A stretch of 64,000 bases of DNA from NCBI GenBank assembly GCA_024704765.1, contig JAKMXF010000077.1, forward strand, positions 263,220-327,219, written 5' to 3'. The position numbers and the translations under genes are program-made. Numbering within the stretch: position 1 is the stretch's first letter; every line of letters begins with the position of its first letter. Source of the DNA: Oopsacas minuta. Its lineage: Eukaryota; Animalia; Porifera. The notes beneath the pieces were generated by a model that was not told the origin of the DNA, searched no databases, and worked only from the letters and a program-made list of their open reading frames with translations. Positions 40,568-53,378 of the stretch are shown piece after piece.

Positions 40568-41614
40568 AGATGTACCAGATTTCCCGATTATCTTTCTCAA
40601 TTAACCGTTGTCCGACACAATATCAAGCAACTTCGGGACGAGATATAATCTCTAATTTATATTGGACATTAGCAAGGTGTGGAAGCCTTCATAAAATTTT
40701 CTCTGAAAATATGTTTAATACACAAATATTGCGTAAAAATGTCCGATCAGGTTATATAGCCCATTACTGAGTAGATACTGAAATCCAGTACAGGACTAAT
40801 GGTTATGAGCAGATTAATTTTGACACTTTCTCCGGGAAAAAGACTTTTTAGAAGTAGATTTCATTACACACCCTCGCCCACTTTACGCCTAATTGAGAAA
40901 CTTATTTCAGCGCCACATGATTTTTACTAAACATAAGGGATTTCGTTATCATGATCACATTATTTCCTAGCAAAAAATAAAATCTAAAATTGAAAATATT
41001 TCTGCAGGAGATAAACGTGAGGTTGAGCTGAAAATGTTACCTACAACGCTGCCACATAGCACATTTATCTGTCATTTTTTATAGTTTAGACTATTATCAA
41101 GACATTTCATTTTTGGTTTGTTGCCTGAACTGGTACCATATTCCTTTTTCAGCTTAGACAACTGATGGAAATTGACCGGGGGTATAGTCCAGTGGTTATA
41201 TCGCATTGGTATAGTGAGGCTTGAGACAATGTCGAGGATAAGTTTATAATATTTTGGCATTCATGGTCACCACAAGTGATTGCTATACTTCAGTTATAAT
41301 TTCATTGGAATGAATGCGTCACTCAGCTGTCTTGGTTGTCACGTATCTTTGGCAATTGTAGATATGTCGGACCCAATACATCAGTACATGTTCGTTTTAA
41401 TGAAAATGGAAAGGGTTGAAAACAGGAATGCAAGAATCTTAAATTCAGCAAAAATGTGCTAAAATTTATTGGGTTGCAAGCAAATGTCCTTAGGGAGATT
41501 TTAATTAATCAGCAAACAATTTGTTGTGACATAACTGACGTTGTATTCATAAAAGAAATGCTCATGAACAAATGATGCATGAAATGGAAAGAATTCATGA
41601 TTCCAGTGTCTGTT

Positions 41615-41870
41615 GATGTGTTACAGTCCCTACATCTCCAAAGGGTACAAGCAACTTCTTAAATTGCTTCATTCTCTCCCCTTTATCTACTTTACTTTAG
41701 GAAAGGTCTTCTTCACTGGCTATAGATGTCACTCAATTGCGAGACTTGTAGCTGGTGATGTGTTACATTCCTTAGTTCTCCCAAGGATACAAGCAACTTC
41801 TTGAATCGCCTCATTCTCTCCCCTTTATCTACCTTACTTCAGGAAAAGTGTTCTGTACTGGCAATAGATG
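41615..41870. repeat. Tandem direct repeat, period 142 nt, ~1.8 units
   Basis: TACAAGCAACTTCTT at 41646 and 41788; TAGATG at 41723 and 41865. Confidence 0.8.
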
Positions 41871-43279
41871 TGGGTCGTGTTCTGCTTTCAAAAGTACTCG
41901 TTCTTTACCTCTTCTGTTTACACAATTTTGCTTGAATTAGCTTATGCCTTGTGGGATCGTTCTTATTTCGAAATATCCTTGCCTTTCGTTTATTTTCTTT
42001 GTTTTCAATTATACTTTTGTATACTTTTCCTCAATCTATTTATCATTGAATGTTCATATTTTTCATCATTTTTCTATTATATTTCAATCCAGGGTTGGTA
42101 GTTTTGTCTATGTGGTTAAAACTAACGTTGTATAATTCTGTGCAATCCCATCTATTCTAAAACCTTAACAGTTGTCAATACTCGACAAAGCTAGCTAAAA
42201 ATATTCATTATATGTTTGGTCTGAAATCCGATTATACTACAATAACTATATTCTTTTTAAATGATAAAAAAATAAGCGACAAGATTAATATAATTGCATA
42301 CTGGTACTGCCTAGCTCAAGTTGAATCAATTATGTTGAAATCTTTACTTTGCTCCACTATATTGCAGAATCTAATGCGTCTGTCCATTCATATATTGATG
42401 GAGTATTATGGCAAAATGGTCCCTCTATATGGTTATCCAATATGTAATCCTGGAGGGTGGATTTCGTAAATCTAGTCGTTGATTTCAAAATGGAATTTTG
42501 AGGAACTCCTATTTTATTGGTTTGCGCTTTTCCTCTAGATTAGTGATTAGACATGCTTAGGGTTTTTCATGCGGTGTCATGCAGAATTTCAATAATTGAT
42601 AATTACACGAAATCCACCATCCATAGTGAAATATCTAATTTGTATATATGAGGACTGCTTTTATAGGGCGACTATTTTGTCGAGCGGATCTGTAGGCGCG
42701 GTGGACGGTCTTACGTGCCCGAGCGTAGTGCTTACGGCCTTCTTCTTCAGTTGATAAAAATTGAAGAATTTAATTACGTAAATCTGAGGTTTCCAAACTT
42801 TTCACCCCCCTATGCCAATTTTATCACATTTTGTACCCCTTGTTGTCTTCCGCGGACCACCAAGGGTCAATAGACGGACAACACAATTCAAAACTTATGT
42901 CGTACGACTGTTTAGTTTAGCCTTACGACTTCGAATTAATTTGTGTCCGGCCTTGTTATGATAACAAATGTTTGCTATTTTGATAAACGTATATCAGATA
43001 AGATTCCATTTAAAGGTTTTCACGATAAAATGGTCATGTAACTAGTGGCTCAGCTCACCACCTGAGATCCTTACACCTTACTATATAGTACACCGAAACT
43101 GTTACTGTGTAAGGATCTCATGTCGTGAGAGGATATGAAATAACTGGGTTTCGACCTTGCATTGATCTCATGAGTAATACGGCTCATAACTAGACTTAGA
43201 AGAATAGGATATGCACATATATACGAAATGATATATTATAGAGATTGATACATGAAGGGGTTGATAATATCTATTTGTA

Positions 43280-44577
43280 CGAAAGGCACTCAATAAGTTT
43301 GAGCCTGACTATGTTGCGAGCTCTTATATAAGTAAACCATTACTTCTTTCCAATAAACATGGGATAAATATACTTCGCTGAAAATCTTGTGACATTATCT
43401 TATAAACTTTTCAGATGGCAGTAGTTGTATTATCTATGGATTCCTTAGTTACCAAATCCTCAATACAGTAATCAAGGCGTGATATTCGTGCGATAATACT
43501 TTTCAGTTCCAACTTTTGAAAACAATAAAAGAATGTCACAAAATTTCTGTACAGCCTTTCCAAAAAACAAGGTATCTGCAACAACAGTGAAAAGATGCTA
43601 CAGAGAATTTAGGTGTGGGAATTTTCATCTTGAAGACCAACCCGTCCTTGACTACCCCCATACATTGTTACAGTGGCGATTGTTGAATCAATTGAGCACA
43701 TGTTGATAGCAGAGCCAAATGTTACATATGAGAGAATTCAGCACGAAATTGGTATCTTATCCGGGGCAGTGCACACCATTCTACACCATTCCCTTCAGCT
43801 ACGTAAACTTTGTGCCCGCTGGATCCCACATCAGCTTCATCATGAGTAGAAGCAGAATCGAGTGAAATGGTGCAACGAAATGCTTAAAAGAATTCAATAA
43901 TGGCAACAGTAGAGATGTTTCCAAGATAATAACTGGTGATGAAACATGGATCTATCATTATGATCCAGAAACAAAACAGCAGAGCCATCAATGGTATGAA
44001 TTGGAGAAGGTCCCCCAACAAAGGTTCGCCGAACTCAGTACACCAAGAAACAAATGTGTGCAATATTTTTATACAACGGGTGTTAAAACTGATGTACCTA
44101 TTGAACCTGGTAAGACAATTAATTCAACCTGGTATACGAGAGTTGTTTGCCTCTAGTCCTAAAGTAATAAATTTACAGCGTCCTGGCACAGGATTAATGG
44201 GAGTTTTTTGCACCACGATAATGCCAGTTCTCATACATCAAAAATGACAAAACAATTCATCGAAGAATCAGGACAACATATTTTGCCACTACCCCCTTAT
44301 TCTCCAGATCTAGCACCATGTGACTTCTGGCTCTTTCCTAGAAAAAAACATACCTTAGGGGTAAAGTTTTTCATCTAATTCTGAACTTGAGGGTGCCCTC
44401 AGTGAAGTGATCGGAGACTTCAACGAAAAGGAATTAAACGAAGCTATTCAAGCTTGGTTTCAACGAATGAACAAGTGTATTCTAGCTAAGGGATGCTATT
44501 TCGAATAATCATGGTAAAAATATATATAGATTGATGCTTTTTGATACCTAGGCTCAAAGGTTATTGAGTACTCCTCG
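43280..44577 (+). mobile_element. mariner (DD34D), separate family, heavily frameshifted
   Basis: TIR CGAAAGGCACTCAATAAGTTTGAGCCT / AGGCTCAAAGGTTATTGAGTACTCCTCG with TA flanks; 1298 bp. TGDETWIYHYDPE, HDNASSH, PYSPDLAPCDFWLFP. Confidence 0.9.
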
Positions 44578-44739
44578 TAATATTTGTATAGTACTTTAAT
44601 ATAAGTACCTAATTCTGTAGATTTTTTTGTTAATTTTTATATGAGTTTGAATTTTGAAATTCTATAAGGGTTTGTTTTTTTTATTTTTTATATATGTTTT
44701 GTTTTATCTATTTGAGCAAAGTGCAATTTACATATAGTA

Positions 44740-46118
44740 CCGGGTGGTTCAAAAGGTTGGAAACATTATATACATTTTCCCAACATTCCCCCAATATTTC
44801 GATGAACATCAATGTAACATAATAAATGTGTACTCTAAACCTAATTCTAAATATATGCTAAGTTTAAGCATCCAGGTTCCATAGGAAGTGGTGTTTTAGA
44901 GCATCTGCTCGAGGTGCCCACCGTTTACCTGCTGACATTTGCGTAGTCTCAGGATAAAATTCTGCATAACATTATGGAGAACATCTCTTTTTATGGCCCC
45001 TATCTCCTCTATGATCTTTCCTTGAGTTGGCCAATGTTCCTGGGCTTTGATGTATAGACCCGATCCTAGAGAAACCCCCATAAAATGTAATCTGGGGAAC
45101 TCAAGTCTGGAGAAAGGGGTGGCCATTCGATCACACACTTTTTACTGATAATCCGCGACTTGAAATGATCTTTCAACCACTTGATTGTGATGTTCGACGT
45201 ATGGGGAGTAGCTCCATCCTGCTGCAAGTACTGCCTAGTCCTTGTGCTACATGTAGCATCTAACTCCTCCCCAAACCTCTCCAAGATCACTATATATCGT
45301 TCAGAGTTCACCGTTACAGTTATCCCATTTTCATTTTCAAGAAAGAACGGTCCAATAATTTTCTTTCCTGATAGTGCTGCCCAAACAGTCACTTTTGAGG
45401 AGTGAAGTGGCTTTGTGTAACCTGAATAGGTGCTTTTGTGCCCCAATAAATGTTGTTATGCGAATTAACTTGACCGTCAAGGTGACAGTGAGCTTCATCC
45501 CTTGTCCACAAGTCTGACAAGAATCCCTGGCAGTCCTCAACCTTGCGAATTAAAACGTTGACCATATCTAGTCTCCTGGTCATGTCAGCTGCTGTAAGCT
45601 TGTGGTATATCTGTATCCTGTAAAGAAACGTGCCTAGATCTTGTTTCAGTACTCTGAGCATTGTGGTTCTCGAGATTTTGCAAACATTTCCAAAACTTTG
45701 TGAACGCTTTCGGGATGAATGTCTGGGAGATTGCTCCACTGACTTGCGGATCATGGCTATAACCTCCGGTGTGTGGGCTGTAGGCCTCCCAGACGGGGTA
45801 TGGCGCCCGCCATACTGCTTGTACAGGTTCTTGACAGTCCCTTCACTCCTAAACTTCCGAACCCACTTGAAAATAGCCGATCTGGAGGGTGTGCTATCAG
45901 TTCCGAACTGTTGTTGGTAAGTTTCATGAATTTTCAAGAAACTGGTCTTCTTCAAATACAGCTCTACGCAAAATGCTCGCTACTGGCATGCCCACAGCCT
46001 GGTAGTTGCTCTCCCAGGAGTACAGTTTGACATATCTAGAATATTAAAGGGGTACAATATAAGACGGGGATGGGAAGCTCAAAAGGTAAAAGTGTTTCCA
46101 ACCTTTTGAACCACCCAT
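44740..46118 (-). mobile_element. DD41D (rosa/Visitor) Tc1/mariner element, defective
   Basis: TIR CCGGGTGGTTCAAAAGGTTGGAAACA with TA flanks; 1379 bp. RDEAHCHLDG.VNSHN, and QQDGATPH...WPPLSPDLSSPD with 41 residues between the Asp residues. Confidence 0.9.
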
Positions 46119-46120
46119 TA

Positions 46121-48990
46121 ATACGTAAATTTCAGAACAAACATGCATCATATTTCCACTTACCTCTAAAAAGCTTTTTCTTATCTATACCAAGACACCA
46201 AATGATACCATGCAAAACAATAATCACACTGTACCCAACTAATACTTTCAAGTAGGATAATCATTCCCAGACCAGCACCAACGATTTCATCTTCTTCAGT
46301 ATGACCACAAATATTACAGCGTTTCTCTTCTATATTTGTTTCACTAGCTGCGACTGGAAGTAATTTAGTGATAGTTGACAGGTTCAACATCTTCATTTTC
46401 TCTGTCTACAAAATGCCGAGCGGCTGTAAACCTTTCGAAAGAATACCATACACCATGTTTCTCCAACTGCTTTTACCTTCTTACTTCTTCTTTCCTTTTT
46501 AGCGAACTTTTTTTTCTTTCGCGAGATGATAGGATCACTATTCAAAATTCTCTTATTATCCAACTGACGAATTACATCAGATAAATGGACACCAACAGTA
46601 ACTCCTAGAGTTCGAACACTTTTTTACACCTGGGAATTCATCATTATATCGTATGACACCCAAGGCAGCTCCGAGTCTCATCATATGCATGCCAGCAGGC
46701 TGTCTTTCTAGCCATCTGGAATATAATATTGTGGGTCGATTTATTGTGATTTGATGTCTGACCTCCACATAATTTCTTCAATGAACTCAGCTTTGTTATA
46801 CTTAAACGATCAAAGATTACAAAAATGAATCAGCCGCTGTTTGCGAGAGAAATTTGGGATGGTGTGGAGTAGGTGTCTTGTTAAACCTAGCAGCCTGAAA
46901 TTGAAACCACCTCTTTTGCATAGGGGTAGTTTTGGTGGTTGATCTCGGCATTAGTATCGTTGGCACTAAGATGAAGCGGAATTGTGTTTACTGCTTTGAA
47001 TTTTGCCTGGACATCTCCTTTGTTTCTTTGCACTGCAAGAAGGTAATATCTTGCTATTTGTGCGCACATAGCAGCTGAAATATGTTGATCTCCTTTGATT
47101 TCATTATAGGATTCCAGCTTTATCTAGCTGTTGAATCTGCTTCAGGTTTCCAACATACCTCGGACCAACAATCTTCTTCACATCTTCCTCGCTCATGTTC
47201 CTTTCTTTCATTAGATATTTCATATCTGTCTTCTTGTCAATTTTAGAACCTTTCAGGACATCTTGCTGGCTGTTACAGATATTAGTTATCCTCTTTCCAG
47301 TATGAGAGAGAGACATTCCAACCCATCAATTTCCAGATCTATTCCTAATTCCTGATAGACTTTAGCATTCTTCAGAGTTTGGTGTGTCTTGTTATCTCCA
47401 TCACAGACGAGACCAGAAAGGACAATTCCTCTTGCAAAGCTTGGCGAACGATAAGGCGCTAAAGCAGAGTCCAGTTGAACTGATGCTAGTTCTGCGTATT
47501 TAGCTGGGCATCTGTCGTCATGATTTTGTTTCCAATCCTGATGTTCCAGCTCTGTGACCATCCCATTCCACAATTTATTCTCAAAACTACAGCATTCTGG
47601 ACAACTATTACAGGCCACTTCATAGGCTAGAACTTTTCTCGTATCAACAGATATCACAGATTCAAAACAATATCTACTGAACCTTCACCAGATTTGCTAG
47701 ACCTCATCTGATGAGCCCAATCATAAGATGCTACAGCATAAATACACTGTGTCAATGAATCAACACCAAGAAGAGTCTCTAGTTCTAACTTGGCCTTATC
47801 CATACTCTGTCTAGCCACAACTCAGCTGCAACAATAACGTCCTTCTGAGCGGTATTAAATAGGTCAGGATATGGTGGGAATGGAAAGTTTAGAGCTCCAT
47901 GGTAGAACTTCAATCCATCTTGACTAGCACCCATTATTTAACCTCCTATTATACTACCATACACTATGTCATTCTTCTTCTGAATTTTAGCATCACCTAC
48001 AGGAAAATATGTATTCTTGAAACTGTCACTCTCACTCTATAAAGACCGCGCAGCTAAACATTCATTACATCGGAACGCCAAGAAGGATGCACAAGAAGCC
48101 TTCATCCCTTTATCAAACAATTCAGAATAACCCCAGCCACATTCTGTACAAACAGCAACTTCAGCCAGAATGGACGCCAATGCATTCAAATCAACCACAT
48201 AATTTCCTTCCACGGACGAACTTGTTCAAAAATTTCCTTATCATCTTCACTAAGAACTTTTACTTTCCTCAGAGTCAGACGTCCTTTTTCTTGAAACTTT
48301 AACTTTCTTCCAGCCATGGTATCTATGAAAACACTAGGTTTCTTCTACACATCAACCTGTTTTCCAAAGTCCGCCCTCTTCTGACAATGATTCAACTTGT
48401 TCCTCTTCCTTTACGAACTTGTCACCCAGTTTCTTTGCAGATTGATTGCCTTGGAACCGCCTCTTCTTGCTCCGGTTACAGATCTTTGTCTTTTTGGTGC
48501 AAGTGTATTTGCGGGTGTCTTAAATGTCAAAGATACCAGCGATTGGAAGATAGATGGAGATAGTAGAGATTGCTGGGAACATACACCTACCTGAGAATCT
48601 GTATGGGATATGACACTTGACATCAACTCCTGATCTGAATCACTACTCTCACTCATGCCAGTGACGTATTGGGGATCTCTAGATGCCATTGGCTTTCAGT
48701 AAATTATTGTATATAGTTAAAGGAATAGTGTAAATATTTTCATAAAAGACAGGGAAATGCACTTTTATTAACTAACGAGCTTTGCTTGCTAGTTCGAGTA
48801 TTTCGGGGCTTAGAAATTTTGGCCTCAAAGGAAGCAAATTGTTCACAGCATTTTTCCTTATTTCTTCAAATAAATTATTTTTTTAATCATTATACTAACA
48901 ATATCATATTCGGACTCAGCTTACTCGATTACCGCTTATAGACTTGAGAAGTATTATTCTCATACCTTTTTGAATTTTGGATTATTTACC
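46121..48990 (-). mobile_element. Kolobok-like (Mutator-like DDE) transposase relic with a C-terminal PHD-like finger
   Basis: GNYVVDL...CTECG...RCNEC; SYDWAHQMRS; ISVDTRKVLAYEVACNSCPEC; LVCDGDNKT...ECL; YLLAVQRNKGD...H. Ends with CNICGH...WVQCDYCFAWYH. TIRs and TSD not established; boundaries approximate. Confidence 0.7.
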
Positions 48991-49612
48991 CTATGATGTA
49001 CATAACAAACAAACAAATATGATCTATGCGAGAAGGTATGAATATTTTCATTAGATATTTAAGTAAGGACTCTCTAACAGAATGTGAGACCTTTGTGCAC
49101 TATACTAGTGCGACATTTGTGAACTATTATATCTGTACACAAATGTTCACCAATGTCATTTCCCATTAAGTAATATTTCGAACTTAAATGCTTTATTAGT
49201 GCGAGATTATGGTATGTGTATTCTGCCCAAATCACGAAATACAGTGTATTCATAATAATTGAGAATAGAGATATAAATAGAGTGCATGCTATACATAGTA
49301 TTTTATGATTAGTAATACTATTTATAGTATTCACTCTATTTGTATAATAACTCACGACTGAATGTTAACAGCTGGGAAATACTAAATATACATTGATTTA
49401 ATTTTGTTATATAATCTTAATAATGCTACGTAATTATCTATTTCTACATTCGCCTTTACTTCATCCTATTGTTTCACACTGCAATAATAATTGTTTATTG
49501 TATTGTCATGATATATTCATTTGAACTCTTAGATATTTATTAAATACTAGTTAAGCTTCTAATTTTAATGGCTTTAACTCCATTACTTTATCAAATAACT
49601 TATATATATATA

Positions 49613-49762
49613 TAGCTTAGCTATACCATAGTACAGTTTTTGTGTATTAGCTTTTCTATCTTCGAGAAAAGGTCACTTTTTAGGCCTAATGAAAGTCACC
49701 ATTTCGAATAAGGGTATGGGGTTTTTGTATTACAAAACCTGGACTATACTATAGCTCAGCTA
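49613..49762. mobile_element. Small TA-flanked MITE (~150 bp)
   Basis: TAGCTTAGCTATACCATAGTACAG ... CTGGACTATACTATAGCTCAGCTA inverted ends within TA runs. Confidence 0.75.
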
Positions 49763-50019
49763 TATATAGGGAAACTCTATAGGGAATCTGTTTGTTTATT
49801 CGAGTCGACGACATTTATTATCAGTAAAATGATCCCTTTAATTCAGGACGATTATTACCAATTTGGCAGATGGTCACATACTAAATTCTTTATATTCCAT
49901 CCAATTCTTGATCAATGTGGTTGGTTGAATATATAATTTAACCACATGTAATTATGTGTATTTTTCATTATTTTATTCCCATGGATAATAAAGTTTAAGA
50001 TTATCCTTGATTTGTATTT

Positions 50020-50640
50020 ATTTTTACGTGCCCAAGATTCATCAGTTTAATAGCAATTTCTTACTTAACAAACACTATATTAGATAATCCATAGGCTCTT
50101 TTGATATGAGAATTTTTGTCAATTTTTTCGTAAGAATTTACACCAGTGGCTGCGAATATAAAAATACATTTCAAACAACATTCTACCAAAAGGGACAGAA
50201 TCTTAAGAATACAAAGTCCAAATTAGCTGGCTAGATGTAAAATTGGGCTTTGACAGATTTATTTTACCGAAGACTTCGTATCTGTATGTGTTTATAGGCG
50301 AATAGTACCGGGAGAAAGTGCAATTTTATGACGTAAAAAGGTAATCCCATGCTCTCCACAGAGTATTACATGAAGTATTCACACTGAAAAAATTTAATGA
50401 ACAATCAGATTATGTCATTTCGTTACGAACATTTGTAGGAGGCGATTGAGAAGTGTAAAATTTCAATAACACAAATAGCTCTGTCACTAGCAATCCCTTA
50501 TACAATTAAAGAGGAAGAGGTTGTTATTTTAGTTACTGGGCGGATGTGCACGAGAAGAAACTTGTGCAGACATCTACAAACGTGGGAGGAAATGTGTAAG
50601 GAACAGATCCATGGAGCAAATTCGGACCATCTTGAATATG
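50020..50640 (+). pseudogene. Very decayed piggyBac-like transposase C-terminus
   Basis: Loose resemblance only: YDVK, IALSLAIPY, and a decayed Cys-rich tail (…NV*KE) near 50590. A GAGGG|TTAA end-like motif lies at ~51171-79. Confidence 0.3.
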
Positions 50641-51186
50641 TTAAAATGCAATTAGCTTCTATAGATTTCAATTAATTGAATATAAGTGGTGAGATTCGTA
50701 ATCAGCGATTGTTAAGCGCTGTTTGAGTGGTCACTTGACAATATTTGGGAAGATCTTTCCATAGCAATGCAGGAATATCCCAGGAATGTGAAAACATCCC
50801 ATTCTCAAATTTCGCCCTAACCCCATCGAGTGACCCCTTGTTCGATGCCGCTATTTTTGATAATTCTACCTTTACACAAATTGAAGATCTATAATATCTT
50901 GGAACCCGAATTTACGGCATCGACGCAACTGCCACATAATGTGTAATTATCAGCCATTAAGAAATTTGTATGTCCAAAACACATGAAACCAGGATAAAAA
51001 CAGTGAAGTATATCCAAGCTATACATTATTCCATGATAGTAAGTATTTACAGAAAAGCAGATCGAAAACAATATGTATCCCTAAGAAATATGTGAAAAGA
51101 TCACATAGTTAATAAGAATACATTAGGAGTAAAGGCCCAATCCGAGAAAATGGTGTTCAAAGATAATATAGAGGGTTAATACAGTA

Positions 51187-52557
51187 CAGTGTGGTCGGAA
51201 ATTATTGGGACTGATTATAAATTTATTATACTATGAATTCATGACTCATAGAGATTTCTCGTTTTGACACTAAGTTAAAATACATATAGTTGAAGAAATA
51301 CCAGTATTATTATCACATTCTATCAATAATTAATTTTTTTCCCAGCATTGTCTAAACACAATCTAATTCTTTTGGGCATTGAAGTGCAAAAGGGACGGAG
51401 AAAGTCTGGATCAAATGTTGCCCATATGTCCTGAATTGCCTGTTTTAGTTGGCTTACAGTTTTTAGGATGAAGTACAATCAACCTCCTTTTCAAAACTGC
51501 CCACAGGTTCCCAATGGGCGCTAGGTCTGGACTATTTGGCGGCCAATCAATTCTAAGGGAGACGAACTCGTCTTCCACCCCTTAGCTGCTCTGCCAGTGT
51601 GCACAGGACTGTTATCCTCCTGTAAAACCCAGCTATCTCCGTATTTTGCGTTAGCATCCTCAATAAAACACTCGCGAAGAGTGGAAATATACACCACCTG
51701 ATTGAAATTTTCTGTGAAAATCCTCAGATGTGTAGTCCCCATTATTGAAATTCCACCCCAAAGATGAACTTTAGATGGATGCCTGAAGGTTGGCAGATGA
51801 ACCGTTTGTCCCTTTTTAATCCACAGGTTGACTCTTCCAGAGTCAAGTCAAACTGAACATTCATCAGTAAAGAAGGCTTACTCCAATCAAAACTCTTCAT
51901 TTCTTTACACCAGGCGATTCTTTTGGAAACATGGAGGTCGTTGAGTGCTGGAACTCGGACAGCCCGCTTGCTGACAAAGTTTTTCCTCTTTACCTGAGCA
52001 TGAAGAATACTTATAGATGCAGAAGAACTCAATCTCGGTAGTATAGAGCGTAGAAAGGTCCTCGGATTGCTTTGATACAAAGCAGCTATCCTTCTTTTGT
52101 CATTTGCTTTGATTTTTGAAGGCCAACCAGCACCCTTTCTGTGCTGAAGGTTTTTTTTATCTTTTATCAGATTCAAGACACGATATACAGTCTGCTTAGG
52201 TATACTTGTTCGCTGACAGATATCCACTCCTTTGGTAATTCCTGCATTGTATAGTGTCTCTATTTGATTTCTACGCTGTTGTTGGGTAGAGTGCTTGTAC
52301 ATTGTACAAAATATTCGGTCTTACATGCCGGAAATGGGGTCTCGAAATATATATAGGTATATTTGCTTGGGAATCACAATATTTCAGCCAAACAAACGAA
52401 ATATTATGTGAAATAGCGAATCTATTGGTTTTCTAACAATTATAGGAAGTGTATATATACAGTAAGGTAAATGGTTGTATAATATGCGCATAACCTGATA
52501 TCCTTCATGGTGATTAAAGTTAATCATGAATAGTCCCAATAATTTCCGAACATATTA
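51187..52557 (-). mobile_element. Tc1-like (DD34E) element, defective
   Basis: TIR CAGTGTGGTCGGAAATTATTGGGACT and a degenerate inverse, with TA flanks; 1371 bp. LQEDNSPVH-(34 residues after correcting a 1-nt deletion)-APIG (Glu to Gly). Confidence 0.88.
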
Positions 52558-53306
52558 TATGTATAAAACTAGACTCATGTACCCTAGTGGAATCGAACAA
52601 GGGGTCATTCGATAGTGTTAGTACATAATTCAATAATCTTGAGTGCCACATTCCTGCGTTGCGAGGGAATTTATTCGTGACCACTCAAAGAACGTGGGAT
52701 ATTGTGTATATTATGATTATGGATATATAAATAGGATTAGATATATATTGTAGAATTTAGTGCCATATATAACTATTCGAAATTGTCCAAAAGTGGCACA
52801 GTAAATATAAACCGAGGAAATTCTATCTTGAAATATTAAAGCTAAATCAAATAATTGTATTAACCAAAATACAGCCGTCGCGGAGCGTATCACTTCTTCA
52901 AACATAGTGCGCGGGCGTTTACAGATTTACACATTGCAATTCGCCAATTAGCAAATTTCATTATCAAATTTAGGTATAGCAACCAATTCATGTAAATAAT
53001 ATTTGCTGATAACCAAACTCAAATATATATATACATTAAATGATATTTTGTATAGTCTATCAGAAAATATTGAACTAATCTGAACGGTTTGTATGTTATA
53101 TAAGCCATAATGCAAAATGTATCCAAATATATTAGTATAGGATTTAGACATTCAATGGATATATATTCAAAAATATACTGATCAGAAGATCAGAAGATAT
53201 GAAGAAAACATCCCATGATAAAAAATGATCAAACAGGAATATTCATATCTAAATCCTGATCAAGAACAAATATTTATCAAAGTATTATGGATATATACAC
53301 ATAAAA

Positions 53307-53378
53307 TCATTGATATAATCCGATTTGCTCTTTGTTGAGGATAGCTTTCACTGTCTTGTACGCAGCCATGTATTGAGC
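53307..53378 (-). CDS. PTP-domain gene, last coding exon (AQYMAAYKTVKAILNKEQIGLYQ*)
   Basis: Acceptor ttctatag; phase 0, matching the upstream exon; QY of the Q-loop; TGA at 53309-07. Confidence 0.8.
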   Translation of the reverse strand, partial: AQYMAAYKTVKAILNKEQIGLYQ

